DNA of 64,000 nucleotides from Thermoanaerobaculia bacterium (GTDB lineage Bacteria; Acidobacteriota; Thermoanaerobaculia; UBA5066): NCBI GenBank assembly GCA_963816185.1, contig CAWFJJ010000028.1, positions 160,001 to 224,000 of the forward strand, read 5' to 3'. Shown piece by piece: positions 63,835 to 64,000 of this stretch (position 1 is its first letter; each line of letters starts with the position of its first letter). The notes under the pieces were generated by a model. It saw only the letters and a program-made list of their open reading frames with translations, ran no database searches and was not told where the DNA came from. The position numbers and the translations under genes were made by a program.

Positions 63835-64000
63835 CTGCTATCGGCGGCTGCAGACGCAGCCGCCACGGAGGGAACTGCGGTCGGCTCGCGGCTGTCAAGG
63901 GCCTTCGGCCGCTACGCGGCGCGCGGAGCGCGCCCTTGACAGCCAGAGCCGACAAGTACAGTCGGTTCTCGGTGGACGCATCAGCGGCCACCGATAGCAG
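63835..64000. repeat. Nested inverted-repeat (long hairpin) element
   Basis: ctgctatcggcggc (63835) pairs with gccaccgatagcag (63987-64000); gtcggctc pairs with gagccgac; ggctgtcaagggc (63890-63902) pairs with gcccttgacagcc (63932-63944). Confidence 0.7.

Overview
High-GC bacterial chromosomal window. An Acidobacteriota (Thermoanaerobaculia-like) origin is inferred from gene style only. In order it holds: (1) a reductive pyrimidine-catabolism cluster (preA-like fragment, class-III aminotransferase, dihydropyrimidinase, beta-ureidopropionase, mmsA) containing a ~1,880-codon kinase-ATPase-TPR-2x solute-binding fusion; (2) a panB-panE-panC-coaX-coaBC operon without panD, with a pan-motif-like leader hairpin; (3) a lower-GC islet with an ECF sigma factor, a Zn-finger/TPR protein and an unannotated 43-aa repeat peptide gene flanked by two copies of a 44-bp motif, which is the best candidate for an undescribed system; (4) tautomerase, ACT protein and a VapBC-type pair; (5) a porin-pstSCAB-phoBR-phoU locus with 11-bp-period Pho boxes, next to GH1/PHP/ceramide-glucosyltransferase genes and ppx; (6) tRNA-Glu and tRNA-Lys enclosing two paralogous unknown genes; (7) purA, hutH, a lipid-granule-like cluster (double ArsA, phasin-like proteins, PhaR-like, patatin, acyltransferase) and hutU; (8) a large sensor kinase, degenerate asd, pssA, rimI, tsaB and a frameshifted mutS. 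Three frame anomalies (kinase fusion, phoB start, mutS) may be sequencing indels. No CRISPR array, integrase or transposase was seen. All calls come from motif recognition by eye; no searches were run.
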